Positions 48,776-58,656 of a stretch of 64,000 nucleotides of DNA are shown here, in pieces (position 1 is the first letter of the stretch; each line of letters opens with the position of its first letter). The notes beneath the pieces are model-generated. The model was not told the origin of the DNA and searched no databases. It saw only the letters and a list, made by a program, of their open reading frames with translations. The DNA is from a virus, in the IMG/VR virus record IMGVR_UViG_3300032173_000004, positions 1-64,000 of that record. One strand, 5' to 3'. Made by a program: the position numbers and the translations under genes.

Positions 48776-49675
48776 TCAGTCCTTATCAGGAAACGCCTTG
48801 TCAGGATCAACAAGCGTGTACTCACCCTTCTTGTTCCACCCCCAACCAGGGGGCACGTATCGCATCCGACAGAAACAGTGCGGATGAAGAGGGGGTATGA
48901 CAGGACGAGCATGCTGCCGCCATGGCCTGACATAGTTCGATCCCTCATTCGACATCAGCACCGACAGCTTGAAGATCTTTGGGTTGCCAGTTTTTGGATC
49001 AAGGTACAAACGCTTGCAGTCTTCACATGCGTCTGGAGCAGGAACAATCGCCACATCGCTGTCGATTCCGTCGGAGTCCTTGTAGAAGTCAACCTTGCCA
49101 ATGATCGACTGTGCGATGCCGCGCTGCCTGACCGAGTGCATCTCTGTTGAGGCCACCCGGGACCAGTTGCGCTTGTCCTCCTTCAGACTGACAACCAGCT
49201 CCTTCATCACGTCCAGATATTTCTGGTTGAGGATGACACCAGTCTTGACCGCATCCTTGATCACACCACGTACCTGAGCCTCTGACACCGCTGCCTTGGT
49301 TTCAGCTGCCAGCTTGGAGTAGAGACCGTTGGCAATGTCCTCTCCTAGCGCCCGGTACTTGGAGTGGGCTGACAGCTCTGAGGCCTTGACCTGCAGGTTC
49401 TCGATGGGAGTCAAAGGACGCTCAGCGTCTTTTGTCAGGTCCGTCCAACCGTACTGCGTCCACTCCGTCTGCTTCATGACCGCTTCTTGCTCGCCCAGCA
49501 CGAAAGCAAGTTGGATCAAAGACGACGGAAGCTGTGTCGACATCTCAGCCGGAACAGCCACTGATCCTGGGTGTGGAGTTTGAGCGTCACCAAACAGACG
49601 CCATAGAAACCAACTCACATGGCGTTGGATGATCTCGAGGATCTTCTCCAGCTGTTGCTTGGTGAGCACCGACAT
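48776..49675 (-). CDS. Head morphogenesis protein (MuF/SPP1 gp7-like)
   Basis: WSRVASTEMH, ACEDCKRLY, PPLHPHCFCR. Confidence 0.85.
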   Translation of the reverse strand: MSVLTKQQLEKILEIIQRHVSWFLWRLFGDAQTPHPGSVAVPAEMSTQLPSSLIQLAFVLGEQEAVMKQTEWTQYGWTDLTKDAERPLTPIENLQVKASELSAHSKYRALGEDIANGLYSKLAAETKAAVSEAQVRGVIKDAVKTGVILNQKYLDVMKELVVSLKEDKRNWSRVASTEMHSVRQRGIAQSIIGKVDFYKDSDGIDSDVAIVPAPDACEDCKRLYLDPKTGNPKIFKLSVLMSNEGSNYVRPWRQHARPVIPPLHPHCFCRMRYVPPGWGWNKKGEYTLVDPDKAFPDKD

Positions 49676-49692
49676 TCAAGCACGACCTGATC

Positions 49693-50664
49693 CTACACCG
49701 TGACGTAGAGGGATTTCTTTGCCTTCTTCTTGGACCGACCTGCCATGCTGTACGCGATGGCGATGGCTTGGTCCTGAGGCTTTCCCTCGTGCATCAGCAA
49801 CCTGATCTTGTCACTGACCCACTGGTCGCTCTTAGACTTGCGCATCATCCCTTCCAGAATTGATCTGGCAAATGTAGCTCCATGTGGATCTACAATCTGC
49901 GACTGACGAGCCTGAGTCAAAAGATCAGACATTGGTTTCTTACTACCCTTCAGCCGATCAGACTGCTCCAACTGACGTTCGGCCATAGGTGTGGCAACCT
50001 GGTACGTTGGACCACCTTCTTCTGTACCAATCTTCCACGGCGCCCGAGCTTCCTGGGTTGCTTTTCCTCCCAGGACTCCTATGTGCGCAGACAAGGCAGC
50101 ACTGACGTGAGGTTCCGAATAGCTCTTCGGATTCCTCGCATAGTGCATCATCATATCGTAGTGATGATCTGGCCCTGAAGTGATCCCCAAACCTTCGAGG
50201 TGTTGAATCTTGCGATTGGTATCGGCAAGCAGATTAATCCGGCGCTGAACGTCAGGGTGAGTGGCGTCGTGACCAGAGGCCTGGTGACCATTCAGCTTCT
50301 CGGTCAGATGCACCTTCATCGCCTGCAGACGAGCATGCTTGTGCTCTGGAGAAGAAACATCAGGACCCTCGGGATGCGCCCCCTCGGACACGTCAATCGC
50401 CGCCTTGTGCAGATAGTCCGCGTGTGCCCGAACAGCTTTGAACAGATCCATTCCCTTCGTCAGGTCATCACGGATCACGAGCGCCGGCTGCGGAGGTGAC
50501 GGAGGACGAAGACCGGTGATCACACCGTTCACCATTCCTTGCGTCGACACAGGACCCACTTCTGCTTGCAGAGGCGACTTCTCCATAACGATTCCACCAA
50601 GAAACGCAGATGGCCGCTCAGCGGAAACAAGTCGTCGGGGACCAATCATGTCAGCTCGGATCAT
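49693..50664 (-). CDS. Putative internal head protein
   Basis: 323 aa; LTKG, LFKA, LHKA, MRKS sites; C-terminal KIRLLMHEGKPQDQAIAIAYS motif common in phage head-region proteins. Confidence 0.65.
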   Translation of the reverse strand: MIRADMIGPRRLVSAERPSAFLGGIVMEKSPLQAEVGPVSTQGMVNGVITGLRPPSPPQPALVIRDDLTKGMDLFKAVRAHADYLHKAAIDVSEGAHPEGPDVSSPEHKHARLQAMKVHLTEKLNGHQASGHDATHPDVQRRINLLADTNRKIQHLEGLGITSGPDHHYDMMMHYARNPKSYSEPHVSAALSAHIGVLGGKATQEARAPWKIGTEEGGPTYQVATPMAERQLEQSDRLKGSKKPMSDLLTQARQSQIVDPHGATFARSILEGMMRKSKSDQWVSDKIRLLMHEGKPQDQAIAIAYSMAGRSKKKAKKSLYVTV

Positions 50665-50668
50665 CGGT

Positions 50669-50830
50669 CTACCTCGTCATCGCCATGAGTGCTATTGCCA
50701 GCGGTGCCTTCCCATCCTGCATCAGGCGAACCGCGTTGTCTCTCGTCATCCCGTACTTGATGATGAGGAGCTTCAACACCTTCTCCCCATCTGTCGACAA
50801 CCTCGTCGATTTTTTGACCCTGGACTTCAT
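50669..50830 (-). CDS. 53-aa hypothetical protein
   Basis: Manual translation MKSRVKKSTRLSTDGEKVLKLLIIKYGMTRDNAVRLMQDGKAPLAIALMAMTR*; ATGA overlap with the upstream stop. Confidence 0.55.
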   Translation of the reverse strand: MKSRVKKSTRLSTDGEKVLKLLIIKYGMTRDNAVRLMQDGKAPLAIALMAMTR

Positions 50831-51072
50831 ACCAGGAGCATCTTCTTGATCCGAAACAACACCACCAGTTCCTGCATCATGCTGTCGATCATCGCGTCGT
50901 AGGTGTCAGACACTTCTTTGGAGAGCCTCCTCGTTGCCTCGTTCTGAGACGTGAAGAAGTCCTCCTGCTCCGATGGCTCGCCCAGAGCCTTCTCGAGAGC
51001 ATCATGCATCACTTCCAGCTTTTCCGCTGGAACGGTGATGCTAACTGCGGCTGACGGATCGACCCGGGACAC
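50827..51072 (-). CDS. Hypothetical protein
   Basis: 81 aa; GGAGG RBS; LEKA motif. Confidence 0.65.
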   Translation of the reverse strand: MSRVDPSAAVSITVPAEKLEVMHDALEKALGEPSEQEDFFTSQNEATRRLSKEVSDTYDAMIDSMMQELVVLFRIKKMLLV

Positions 51073-51517
51073 TTCCGCCTCCGCGGCCTGCGTTCCAGTT
51101 GACCTCTTCCTGCAAGTGAGCGTTCACTAGCAGGGCGACAGCGATCTTCTCCTCGTCGGTCATCCTGGCATGAACCCCGGCGAGCCGCTTGTCCATGAGG
51201 CCTTCGAACTTCCCCGGAAGGATCGAAACCAGCATGGCCTTCTCGAAGCTCGTCAGGTTTCCACCATCCTGCAGCTTGTGCAGGGTGTCGATGATCTGGT
51301 TCGCAACGTACTTGAAGTCCAGCTTGCCGTTCGGATAACGGCGAAGCGGAGTGCAGCCCTCGTTGCGATCCACACCGTCGATCTGCGGAGAACGAACTTC
51401 GGTCTTGTGCGTGACACCGTCACGGAAGCTCGTCTCGGTGCTGGTGGACTTGGCCACCGTGTCGGGATCCCTCCGAAGGTTCAGTGGGACACGACCTGCG
51501 TATGGACTGTTGGACAT
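51041..51517 (-). CDS. Hypothetical protein
   Basis: Start re-called at MSNSPYAG (GAGGAG RBS); VAKS and FEKA motifs. Confidence 0.7.
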   Translation of the reverse strand: MSNSPYAGRVPLNLRRDPDTVAKSTSTETSFRDGVTHKTEVRSPQIDGVDRNEGCTPLRRYPNGKLDFKYVANQIIDTLHKLQDGGNLTSFEKAMLVSILPGKFEGLMDKRLAGVHARMTDEEKIAVALLVNAHLQEEVNWNAGRGGGSVPGRSVSRS

Positions 51518-51527
51518 GGTGGCTCCT

Positions 51528-51953
51528 CTACTTGCACAGCTCTTTGCGGATATACAGACTCGCGTGCTTGAACGCGGGCTGTAGCTCCGACATCGCCTGC
51601 TTGAAGTGTTCAGCCCTCGGAGTGGCACCTTGTGCCACGAGGCTGTCGAACTTCTGTTTGTGGAACGCAGCCTGCTGCTGACCTCCAGGACGCCGGCTGT
51701 GAAATTCGTGCTGGATGTAGTGCTTCGCAGCCTCGATGTGAGGACCCTGCGTGGCCAGATGCTCGTGGTGGGCATACATCGGATCTCCTGATCCGATCTT
51801 GCCAGAGAACTCCTGCTGTCCCTCGATCGCTTTCTCAGCAGTCAGTGCTTTGACCAGATCACTTTTACTAAGACGAACAAGCAGGGGCACATGGTGGCGA
51901 GACGTCGCCCCGCCACGTACGCCTATGAACAATCCAAGACGATCGCCACTCAT
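51528..51953 (-). CDS. Hypothetical protein
   Basis: 141 aa; LSKSDLVKA motif. Confidence 0.7.
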   Translation of the reverse strand: MSGDRLGLFIGVRGGATSRHHVPLLVRLSKSDLVKALTAEKAIEGQQEFSGKIGSGDPMYAHHEHLATQGPHIEAAKHYIQHEFHSRRPGGQQQAAFHKQKFDSLVAQGATPRAEHFKQAMSELQPAFKHASLYIRKELCK

Positions 51954-51965
51954 GAGCCTTCTCCG

Positions 51966-53936
51966 CTAGTCGATGAAAGAAGAGATCAGGGTGCCGTTCT
52001 GACTCTTGGCCATGTTGGTCTGACCCATCGTGCTGCAGGACGGGCACTTGTCCTCCATGCCCTTGTGCAACGTGTAGGTTCGTCCACAGCCGTCGCAGCT
52101 CTTAATGATCGGAGAGCGATGCGTCCTCTCGTCCTCGTCATGCTCGAGGATGTTGAGCACCTCAGCATTGAGGGGACCTGCACCAGCGTGCTTGGCAAAC
52201 ACCGAGTTGCCACGAGTCATCGCCTGGGTGGCGGACCTCCAGGTGTCCATCGACACAGCCAGAGCCCTCGGCAAGCGAGGAACCGACATCGAAGTCACAG
52301 CCTTGCTGACCTCGGACTCGTTGCCAGCCGCAGCGGCACCGTGAACCGGACCCTGCTCCTTCTTGGGACAGCCAGCAGACTGCTTCCCGTGAACCTTGCC
52401 CTGAGAAGGACCCTTTCCAGCGTAGTCCTCCTCGTCGGACTTGTTCATCTGAGAAACGTTACCAGGTGCTGCTGTTCCGTGAACCGAGCCCTGGCTTGAC
52501 CGAGAACCAACGTGATCCTCTTCTTCATTTGGAGCGACGCTCGTTTGGGCTGGCCCGATCCCCATGTGCGCCGAACCGTGAACTGGGCCCTGGCTGGCGC
52601 GAGCCGCCACATGGTCCTCTTCGGCGTTGGGAGTGACACTCATCTGAGCAGGTCCAGCGTTCGGATGCTGTGCCCCGCGGACTGGCCCCTGCCGGTTGGC
52701 ATCATTGCCGGCGAAGCACTTCATCATGTCCTGCAGCATCTCGATCGCTGACTTCTTCATGCTCTTCTCCTTGGCGGCAGCAGCTGGGATGGGTGGTGGA
52801 GTAGCTCTAGCGGATGTCAGAACGTCGCCACCGTGAGACACCGTGTGCAGACCCGAGGCTCCACCCACTCTAACCGATCCCATAGACAACCTCGGCTTCG
52901 CCGCAGCGGCTGGAGTGCTTGGGGCGAACTTGGTTGGTTGCGGCTTTCCCTCCTGAGCCAAGATCGTTCGATGCTCTTCTTCTTTGACAACATGCTCCGG
53001 GAGCTTCACCCCTCCCGCCGTCGGAGTCCCCGCTGGTCTAGTCCCTGATCCAGAGAACGTGGCCCCCTGCTTCCCGATATTCACGCTGCCGAGGTAGGCC
53101 TTCTCTGTCGTGTCAGACTTGATGGCTGGCTCTGGGAACAGCCGTATGCCCTTTGCCGAGCACGACTTGCCCATGGCCCTGTTGACGCTGCCACTGAGAA
53201 AGTTCGCGTTGGCACTCGATCGCCACGCCTTCTGACGATTTGCGGGAGTAGGGTTGTGAGCAGCGACGTGATGATCCATCGCCGCCTGCATATTCGCGTG
53301 GAAGGCCTTCTCGTGATGCTCCTTGAGCGGCCCGCCCTTCGCTGCATGACTCTGATGCTCTTGGGCCGCGTCGAAGTACGGCTTCACGTTGCCCGCATGA
53401 ATCTCACGGGGCTCATAGCCGAGCTGCTTCGCTTCTTCGGAAGACTTCATCATGGAGTCCAGCATGTCTCCAGCTTGCGATTTTCCCATCATCTTGCTCC
53501 CGGTTTCTTTGATCCGTTTTTCACGATGTTCTTGAGAAAGACGAGCACCCGGCCTGTCTATCCCAAGCTTTGGAAGCCCGGGAGCCGGCTTGTCCAGAAT
53601 CGATTCCACTTCTTTTGAACCACCTTCGAAGTCCTTGTGAACGGCAACAGACTTCTCGGCCCCGACCTGAACGTTGTGACGGATGGTGTGAGTGATCCTA
53701 GATGGAATCACTCTCTGACCACGGTACTTCGGAGCCAATCTCTTGGCTCCGCTAGTCAGCACCTTCTGCTTCTTGCTCTTGGCCGGCTTGAGCTTCTTCT
53801 TCTTTTCAAGTGCCTTGTCCATGAGACACTCCATAGCTTTCTGGGCCGACGTGTGAAGCTTTCCCGGCTCCCACTCCTTGACAGAACCACCAGGATCAAA
53901 ACGACCCTGTTCTCGTCTGGGCTCAGCGGGATTCAC
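51966..53936 (-). CDS. Low-complexity putative internal head protein with QGxVHG repeats and C-terminal Zn ribbon
   Basis: 656 aa; many K[S/A] sites; CDGC...CPSC. Confidence 0.7.
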   Translation of the reverse strand: MNPAEPRREQGRFDPGGSVKEWEPGKLHTSAQKAMECLMDKALEKKKKLKPAKSKKQKVLTSGAKRLAPKYRGQRVIPSRITHTIRHNVQVGAEKSVAVHKDFEGGSKEVESILDKPAPGLPKLGIDRPGARLSQEHREKRIKETGSKMMGKSQAGDMLDSMMKSSEEAKQLGYEPREIHAGNVKPYFDAAQEHQSHAAKGGPLKEHHEKAFHANMQAAMDHHVAAHNPTPANRQKAWRSSANANFLSGSVNRAMGKSCSAKGIRLFPEPAIKSDTTEKAYLGSVNIGKQGATFSGSGTRPAGTPTAGGVKLPEHVVKEEEHRTILAQEGKPQPTKFAPSTPAAAAKPRLSMGSVRVGGASGLHTVSHGGDVLTSARATPPPIPAAAAKEKSMKKSAIEMLQDMMKCFAGNDANRQGPVRGAQHPNAGPAQMSVTPNAEEDHVAARASQGPVHGSAHMGIGPAQTSVAPNEEEDHVGSRSSQGSVHGTAAPGNVSQMNKSDEEDYAGKGPSQGKVHGKQSAGCPKKEQGPVHGAAAAGNESEVSKAVTSMSVPRLPRALAVSMDTWRSATQAMTRGNSVFAKHAGAGPLNAEVLNILEHDEDERTHRSPIIKSCDGCGRTYTLHKGMEDKCPSCSTMGQTNMAKSQNGTLISSFID

Positions 53937-55899
53937 GTTGCGACCTCATGAAGTCGATGAAGTTGTCGAAGGTGACCGACTTGCCAAACAGCCCCGCATA
54001 CTGCTTCTTCGTGTCGGGATGATTCGGCCCGGCAGGAGCGGCAGCCTCGGGTGCTTGTTCGTCACTTGTTGCGCTCAGATCTGGTTCGGCTGACTCGTCA
54101 GCTGGTGGAGTCATCTCAGGTTCGCCAGGCTGCATGCCAGCACCCGCCAGCTGTGCCCCACCTTGAGCCACCTTCTGCTGAAGTAGCTCCATTTCCAGAG
54201 GATGCTTGTCCTCGTTGTGACGGACCTTCTGCTCCTTTTCAGGATCTGGTGGCTCCTGCTGCTGATCCTGCTGCATACCTTGCTCTTGCTGAGCCTGTTG
54301 TTCCTGTCGATCACGCAAGGTATCTTCTCGCTGCTGCTGAATTTGGAGCAGCTGCACCAGCGTAGGATTGAGAGGAATCTCACCGATGCCACCAGGGATG
54401 TCAGGAAGATCAAGCTGACGACGAGCTTCATTCAGCGTCAGATAGCTACCGATCTGCTCCGTCAGAAGCTCGTGCTTCTCTTGTTCTGTCAGCTCATCAA
54501 GTCCAGCAAACTCGAACACAAAGTGATCATCGATCTTGTCGATGATGTACTCGTTGATGAGTCCAGCAATGAACTTGAGAAGCGGCTTGAGACCACGGTC
54601 ACGAGATGCCTTGAGCTTCCACTCCTGGCTGCTCTCGAAAAGTGGAGTCTGCTGTACGCCACCGTGCAGGTCGAAGTTGATCTCAGCCGGGTCAATAAGG
54701 TACACACCGCAGGTAATCTTGATCAGGTATTCCAACCAACCCTGAAACCCCATCTCCTGATTCGATCGCTGCAGATCAACCCACTCGAGGCCTTCAGACT
54801 GAGTGACAGGGGTCTTCCACGCGTTCTCAGCACCTGCCACCTGGGCCGCCCACTGTCGACGAAAAGCCTCAAGCTGCTCCAAGGTCCAGTTGTCACCCTT
54901 GAAGTTGAGGATGCCTTTCGGGTTGGCGCCTTGGCTGAAGAAACGACGATTGTACTCTTCGGCGTACAGAACACCGGTGATGATCGTGATCAGCTGCTCC
55001 AGCTCTCCGTACCCATACCCCTGAATGTAGATGTCCGATCGAGGGTTACGGATGCCGAATGCCATCTCGTCCTCGAAGTAGACATTTTCGATCTGACCGT
55101 TCACAACCTGGACGTAACGAACCGATTGCCCGACGACATCTTGCTCACCGTACGTCTGTCCCTCGTAGAGGTTGGTGAACCGGTGAGGCCTCTGCGTCGG
55201 GATCATCGAGTTGCGCTGATGATAGCTGAAATGCATTCCGGCGTCTCGATCTGGGGACGCCAACCGCATCGTCGACGCGTCCGTCGCCCAGAATTCGAAG
55301 GGAATGCCGTTTCGACGAGGAACGACTTCGAAAGTGAGCTGGTCGAAGGTCAACGTGTCTCGGACGATGCACTTCAAGAAGGCTTCGAACTTGGGCCTCC
55401 TCATGCGAGTCCACGGATTCGATTGACCGGGCTCTCCACAGCACGCGATGAAGGCCTCAGCCCTCTGAATGAAGTCGCGCTCTGCATCATCAGTGTGATG
55501 GTCTGGGCTCTTGTGCTTGATCTGATAGCCAAGAGACTTGGTCGTTCGATAGGGCTCGGAGAACGCAGCCACCTGAGCGATACGCGTGTTGATGATCGCG
55601 CCAATAATTGACACCTGATGTGCAACCCGGCGCAGCGTATCGTAGGTCAGATTGTACCGACGATCCTTGTAGCCAAGAGAGTACTGCAGCGTCAATGGAT
55701 CGAAGAATACCGACTTCGGTCCACGCTTGGCTGGGTCGTTATGGATGCCAGCAGTCGGGTCTTCCGCCTTCCTCAGCATCGCCGGGATGTGGCGAGTCAT
55801 CTGTCTCAGCTCGTGAACAGCCGAGAAGATCTCGTCGGGATTGGTGGTTTCCCCGAGGGACTTGACTATATCCGTGTAGTCGATCGGTGTTCGGTTCAC
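53923..55899 (-). CDS. Portal protein, SPO1/Herelle type
   Basis: Start re-called at the GTGA overlap (GGGGAG RBS); AIINTRIAQV, FLKCIVRDTLTFDQLTFE, IRNPRSDIYIQGYGYGELE, FFSQGANPKGIL, YLIDPAEINF, SRDRGLKPLL. Confidence 0.95.
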   Translation of the reverse strand: MNRTPIDYTDIVKSLGETTNPDEIFSAVHELRQMTRHIPAMLRKAEDPTAGIHNDPAKRGPKSVFFDPLTLQYSLGYKDRRYNLTYDTLRRVAHQVSIIGAIINTRIAQVAAFSEPYRTTKSLGYQIKHKSPDHHTDDAERDFIQRAEAFIACCGEPGQSNPWTRMRRPKFEAFLKCIVRDTLTFDQLTFEVVPRRNGIPFEFWATDASTMRLASPDRDAGMHFSYHQRNSMIPTQRPHRFTNLYEGQTYGEQDVVGQSVRYVQVVNGQIENVYFEDEMAFGIRNPRSDIYIQGYGYGELEQLITIITGVLYAEEYNRRFFSQGANPKGILNFKGDNWTLEQLEAFRRQWAAQVAGAENAWKTPVTQSEGLEWVDLQRSNQEMGFQGWLEYLIKITCGVYLIDPAEINFDLHGGVQQTPLFESSQEWKLKASRDRGLKPLLKFIAGLINEYIIDKIDDHFVFEFAGLDELTEQEKHELLTEQIGSYLTLNEARRQLDLPDIPGGIGEIPLNPTLVQLLQIQQQREDTLRDRQEQQAQQEQGMQQDQQQEPPDPEKEQKVRHNEDKHPLEMELLQQKVAQGGAQLAGAGMQPGEPEMTPPADESAEPDLSATSDEQAPEAAAPAGPNHPDTKKQYAGLFGKSVTFDNFIDFMRSQRESR

Positions 55900-56564
55900 G
55901 ATAGCAACTCCCCAATCGACTTCTGGACCGTCGCGGTCAGCCACTTATTGAATGCGGCACGCAGTCTGGGAGGCATGATGAATCCCCGGTCGATATCCTC
56001 GTCCGAGTACCCATGCATCTGCAAGAACTGCTTTTCCCGAGGGGCCACGAACGGACCAGGGCTGAAGCGGGGAGCTGCCACGAAGGCCTTCTTGGCCTCC
56101 TCATTTGCCCCCTGCATGATCTTCTGAACAGCCTTGTCCGCGTCTGGTTCCTGATCAACTAGGTTGATCGGAGGCTTGTCGACGTTCTCGTTCTTCGGCT
56201 CTGGACTCTCAGGCCAGTGAGCGCCGCGGTTCGGCAGATCTGGAGTCTCAACACCGCGAATTCCAGAAGTACTGTGACCGTCACTGTACTGAGTAGCTCT
56301 CTGGCCCTCAGTCTGCGGAAGCAGAGCAGTCGATCCAGGATTGGCCTTTACCGCCATTGCTCGCAGCAGATCCGTGGCCTTCTTCGTCGTCGCTGCGGCA
56401 GTCTCAAGACCATTCTCTGGGTCTGGCTCCAGCTTCTCGAACTGAGAGTCAGGCATGGACTTGATTTTGATCTTCACCTTCCTGTCCCGGTCCGAGTTGT
56501 CCCGAACATCACGGACAGGCCGATGAAACAGCTTCGAGTGGAGATACAATGACGGGATGCTCAT
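55896..56564 (-). CDS. Hypothetical head-cluster protein
   Basis: About 222 aa; start re-called at MSIPSLY; VQKS near the C-terminus. Confidence 0.65.
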   Translation of the reverse strand: MSIPSLYLHSKLFHRPVRDVRDNSDRDRKVKIKIKSMPDSQFEKLEPDPENGLETAAATTKKATDLLRAMAVKANPGSTALLPQTEGQRATQYSDGHSTSGIRGVETPDLPNRGAHWPESPEPKNENVDKPPINLVDQEPDADKAVQKIMQGANEEAKKAFVAAPRFSPGPFVAPREKQFLQMHGYSDEDIDRGFIMPPRLRAAFNKWLTATVQKSIGELLS

Positions 56565-56572
56565 TCGAAGCC

Positions 56573-57817
56573 TCACCTCGCCGCTTGATCCGACATGCGG
56601 CGTAGCATCTCAGCTCGCTGCTGATAAGCGTCACGATCCGATCGTCCACGCTCTTGCGGAGACGGATGGGACGCAACACCGTGTGCCGCTCCCATGACCT
56701 TGTGAGCCAGCATGGCCGCAGTTGCAGCCCCACCACCAAGCGTTCCACCCTGCAACCCGATCTGATATCCAGTACCGAAGTTGCCGAGGATATTTGGTCC
56801 CATGGCCCGCTTGGCCCTGGCTGACAGCTGCGGAGCCGCCCCAGTTCGTCCACCACCCACACCAGCTCCAGCTGCAGCTTGTGAAGGCTGACTTGGATTG
56901 GAGCGTCCCGTCTTTCCTCTGGCAGCCGCCCCTTCTGGTGGAGGGGGAAGCGTACCGCCTGCAGTGGCAGGAGGTGTCAAAGACATGGCAGGATTTGCAG
57001 CACCAGCAGCCGGAGATGGAGCTTCTGCCTCACGTTCCCTCTGGCGATGAGACAGCATGGCACCGGCGCGTTTCATCGCAGCGGTGCGCTCTGCGCCAGA
57101 GCCCTGCGTGATGGCAGAAACACCCTCGCCTATGATCTCCTTCTGCCTGCCGGCGACACTCAACTCAGGCTTGGCAGAAGGAACAATCAATGGTCCACCT
57201 GCCGCGGGCTTGAGACCAGGAGTTTCAATCTCAGCTTCCGGTCTGGGCGTAGCTCCTGGGACTTCGAGCTTAACTGACTCCTTCTTCGGAGACGCCATCA
57301 TCGTCTCTCGACCCAGGTGCGACGGCATCACCCTGGTCACCGGTGCTCCGGCACCGTAGGTCGTCAAGCCTGGCTTTCGACTCTGCAGCTCTAGTGCTGG
57401 TCCTTCGTGTGGGCTTTTCGTCGGAGGACGATACCCAGCCGATCCAGGACCAAACGAAGGAAGCTCTGCAGGCTTGCCACCTGGAGTGACCAGTTTTGCT
57501 GCTGGCCGCGGTGCCGGCCCTGGAGTGATCAACGGACCACCCGTCTTAGGTGCCGCCAGCTTCGCTGCTGGTTTTGGTGCCGCTCCAGGCGTGATGATGG
57601 AACCTGAAGGCTTGGTTGTGGCCGCCGATGGATTAAGAATAGATCCACCCGTCGCCTGCGGTGCGCTGGGATGGATGATCGATACTGGGGGTCGCTCCTC
57701 ACTCGCACCGATGATGGGAGTGGCCTTCTGAATCTGCAGAAGAGAGGAGATTCCCCCGATCGCTTTTCCGCCTACCACAGTAGGCGGCGACCACTGCCGA
57801 AAGCAGATCGGGTTCAT
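56573..57817 (-). CDS. Pro/Ala/Gly-rich disordered protein
   Basis: 414 aa; GGAGG RBS; IITPG/LITPG/LVTPG repeats. Confidence 0.65.
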   Translation of the reverse strand: MNPICFRQWSPPTVVGGKAIGGISSLLQIQKATPIIGASEERPPVSIIHPSAPQATGGSILNPSAATTKPSGSIITPGAAPKPAAKLAAPKTGGPLITPGPAPRPAAKLVTPGGKPAELPSFGPGSAGYRPPTKSPHEGPALELQSRKPGLTTYGAGAPVTRVMPSHLGRETMMASPKKESVKLEVPGATPRPEAEIETPGLKPAAGGPLIVPSAKPELSVAGRQKEIIGEGVSAITQGSGAERTAAMKRAGAMLSHRQREREAEAPSPAAGAANPAMSLTPPATAGGTLPPPPEGAAARGKTGRSNPSQPSQAAAGAGVGGGRTGAAPQLSARAKRAMGPNILGNFGTGYQIGLQGGTLGGGAATAAMLAHKVMGAAHGVASHPSPQERGRSDRDAYQQRAEMLRRMSDQAAR

Positions 57818-57828
57818 GAAGCCTCCAG

Positions 57829-58605
57829 CTAGTCACCGAATCCTGATGCACCTATCGGACGCGGGTTCACGCCAATTACGGTTTGACCAGCCAGGGGTGG
57901 ACGACGAGGAGGCCGACGCGAACTTCCCTCTGCTGCCTCAGCAATAGCAGCAGCATCAGCCTGCACTGACTCTTCCGCTGTCATCGGATGCTGAGGCTGT
58001 CGACCTTTGACGATCTCTCGACGCTGCAGCTCGCGCTGATGACGCTGCGATGCCTGCTGCTCCGCATACCGACGAGCTTGCTCGGAAGGAACTCTCTCCG
58101 CACGTTGCAGACCAGAGGGAAGAGACACATCCGTCTGAGCGTTCACAGCCTCGGGCGCAGTCAGCTGTTCCAGAGTCTCCTCGTAGTTCGGTCCTTGGCA
58201 GAAGATCAACTCCACATCTCCAACACCGGATGTGGCCATCTCGTACTCGGTGTTCTTCGGCAGCGAGAACGACAGACCTCCATGAAGCCGGGTCTGGTGA
58301 CCGTTCACAGTCACGAAGATCTCTCCCGACAGAACCCGCACAGCTCGGTCTTGCTCACTCTTCACGAGACCTGTGGCATTGCGAGCACAGATGTACTCGT
58401 AGATCATCTCGAACTCGTCACCGCGGTGGATCACCACTTTCCACCCACGCGACGTTGGCTCACGGTCCCGAACATCAACGATGCTTGCCGACTCGGGCCC
58501 ACGTCCTGCCACAATGTCGCTGTGACGGACTCCGGCTCGGGGATCCAACCTGCGCTCGCGTCGAGGTCTGATGAGTCCCTGCTGCCGTCTTGGGTTGTAT
58601 GACAC
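57829..58605 (-). CDS. Cupin-fold protein lacking metal-binding His residues
   Basis: RVLSGEIFVTVNGHQTRLHGGLSFSLPKNTEYEM...DVELIF; AGGAGG RBS with GTG start. Confidence 0.6.
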   Translation of the reverse strand: MSYNPRRQQGLIRPRRERRLDPRAGVRHSDIVAGRGPESASIVDVRDREPTSRGWKVVIHRGDEFEMIYEYICARNATGLVKSEQDRAVRVLSGEIFVTVNGHQTRLHGGLSFSLPKNTEYEMATSGVGDVELIFCQGPNYEETLEQLTAPEAVNAQTDVSLPSGLQRAERVPSEQARRYAEQQASQRHQRELQRREIVKGRQPQHPMTAEESVQADAAAIAEAAEGSSRRPPRRPPLAGQTVIGVNPRPIGASGFGD

Positions 58606-58656
58606 GCTGTGCCTCCTGTTGTTTGCCAGGCTTGAGGATCGGTCGAGGATCTTACT

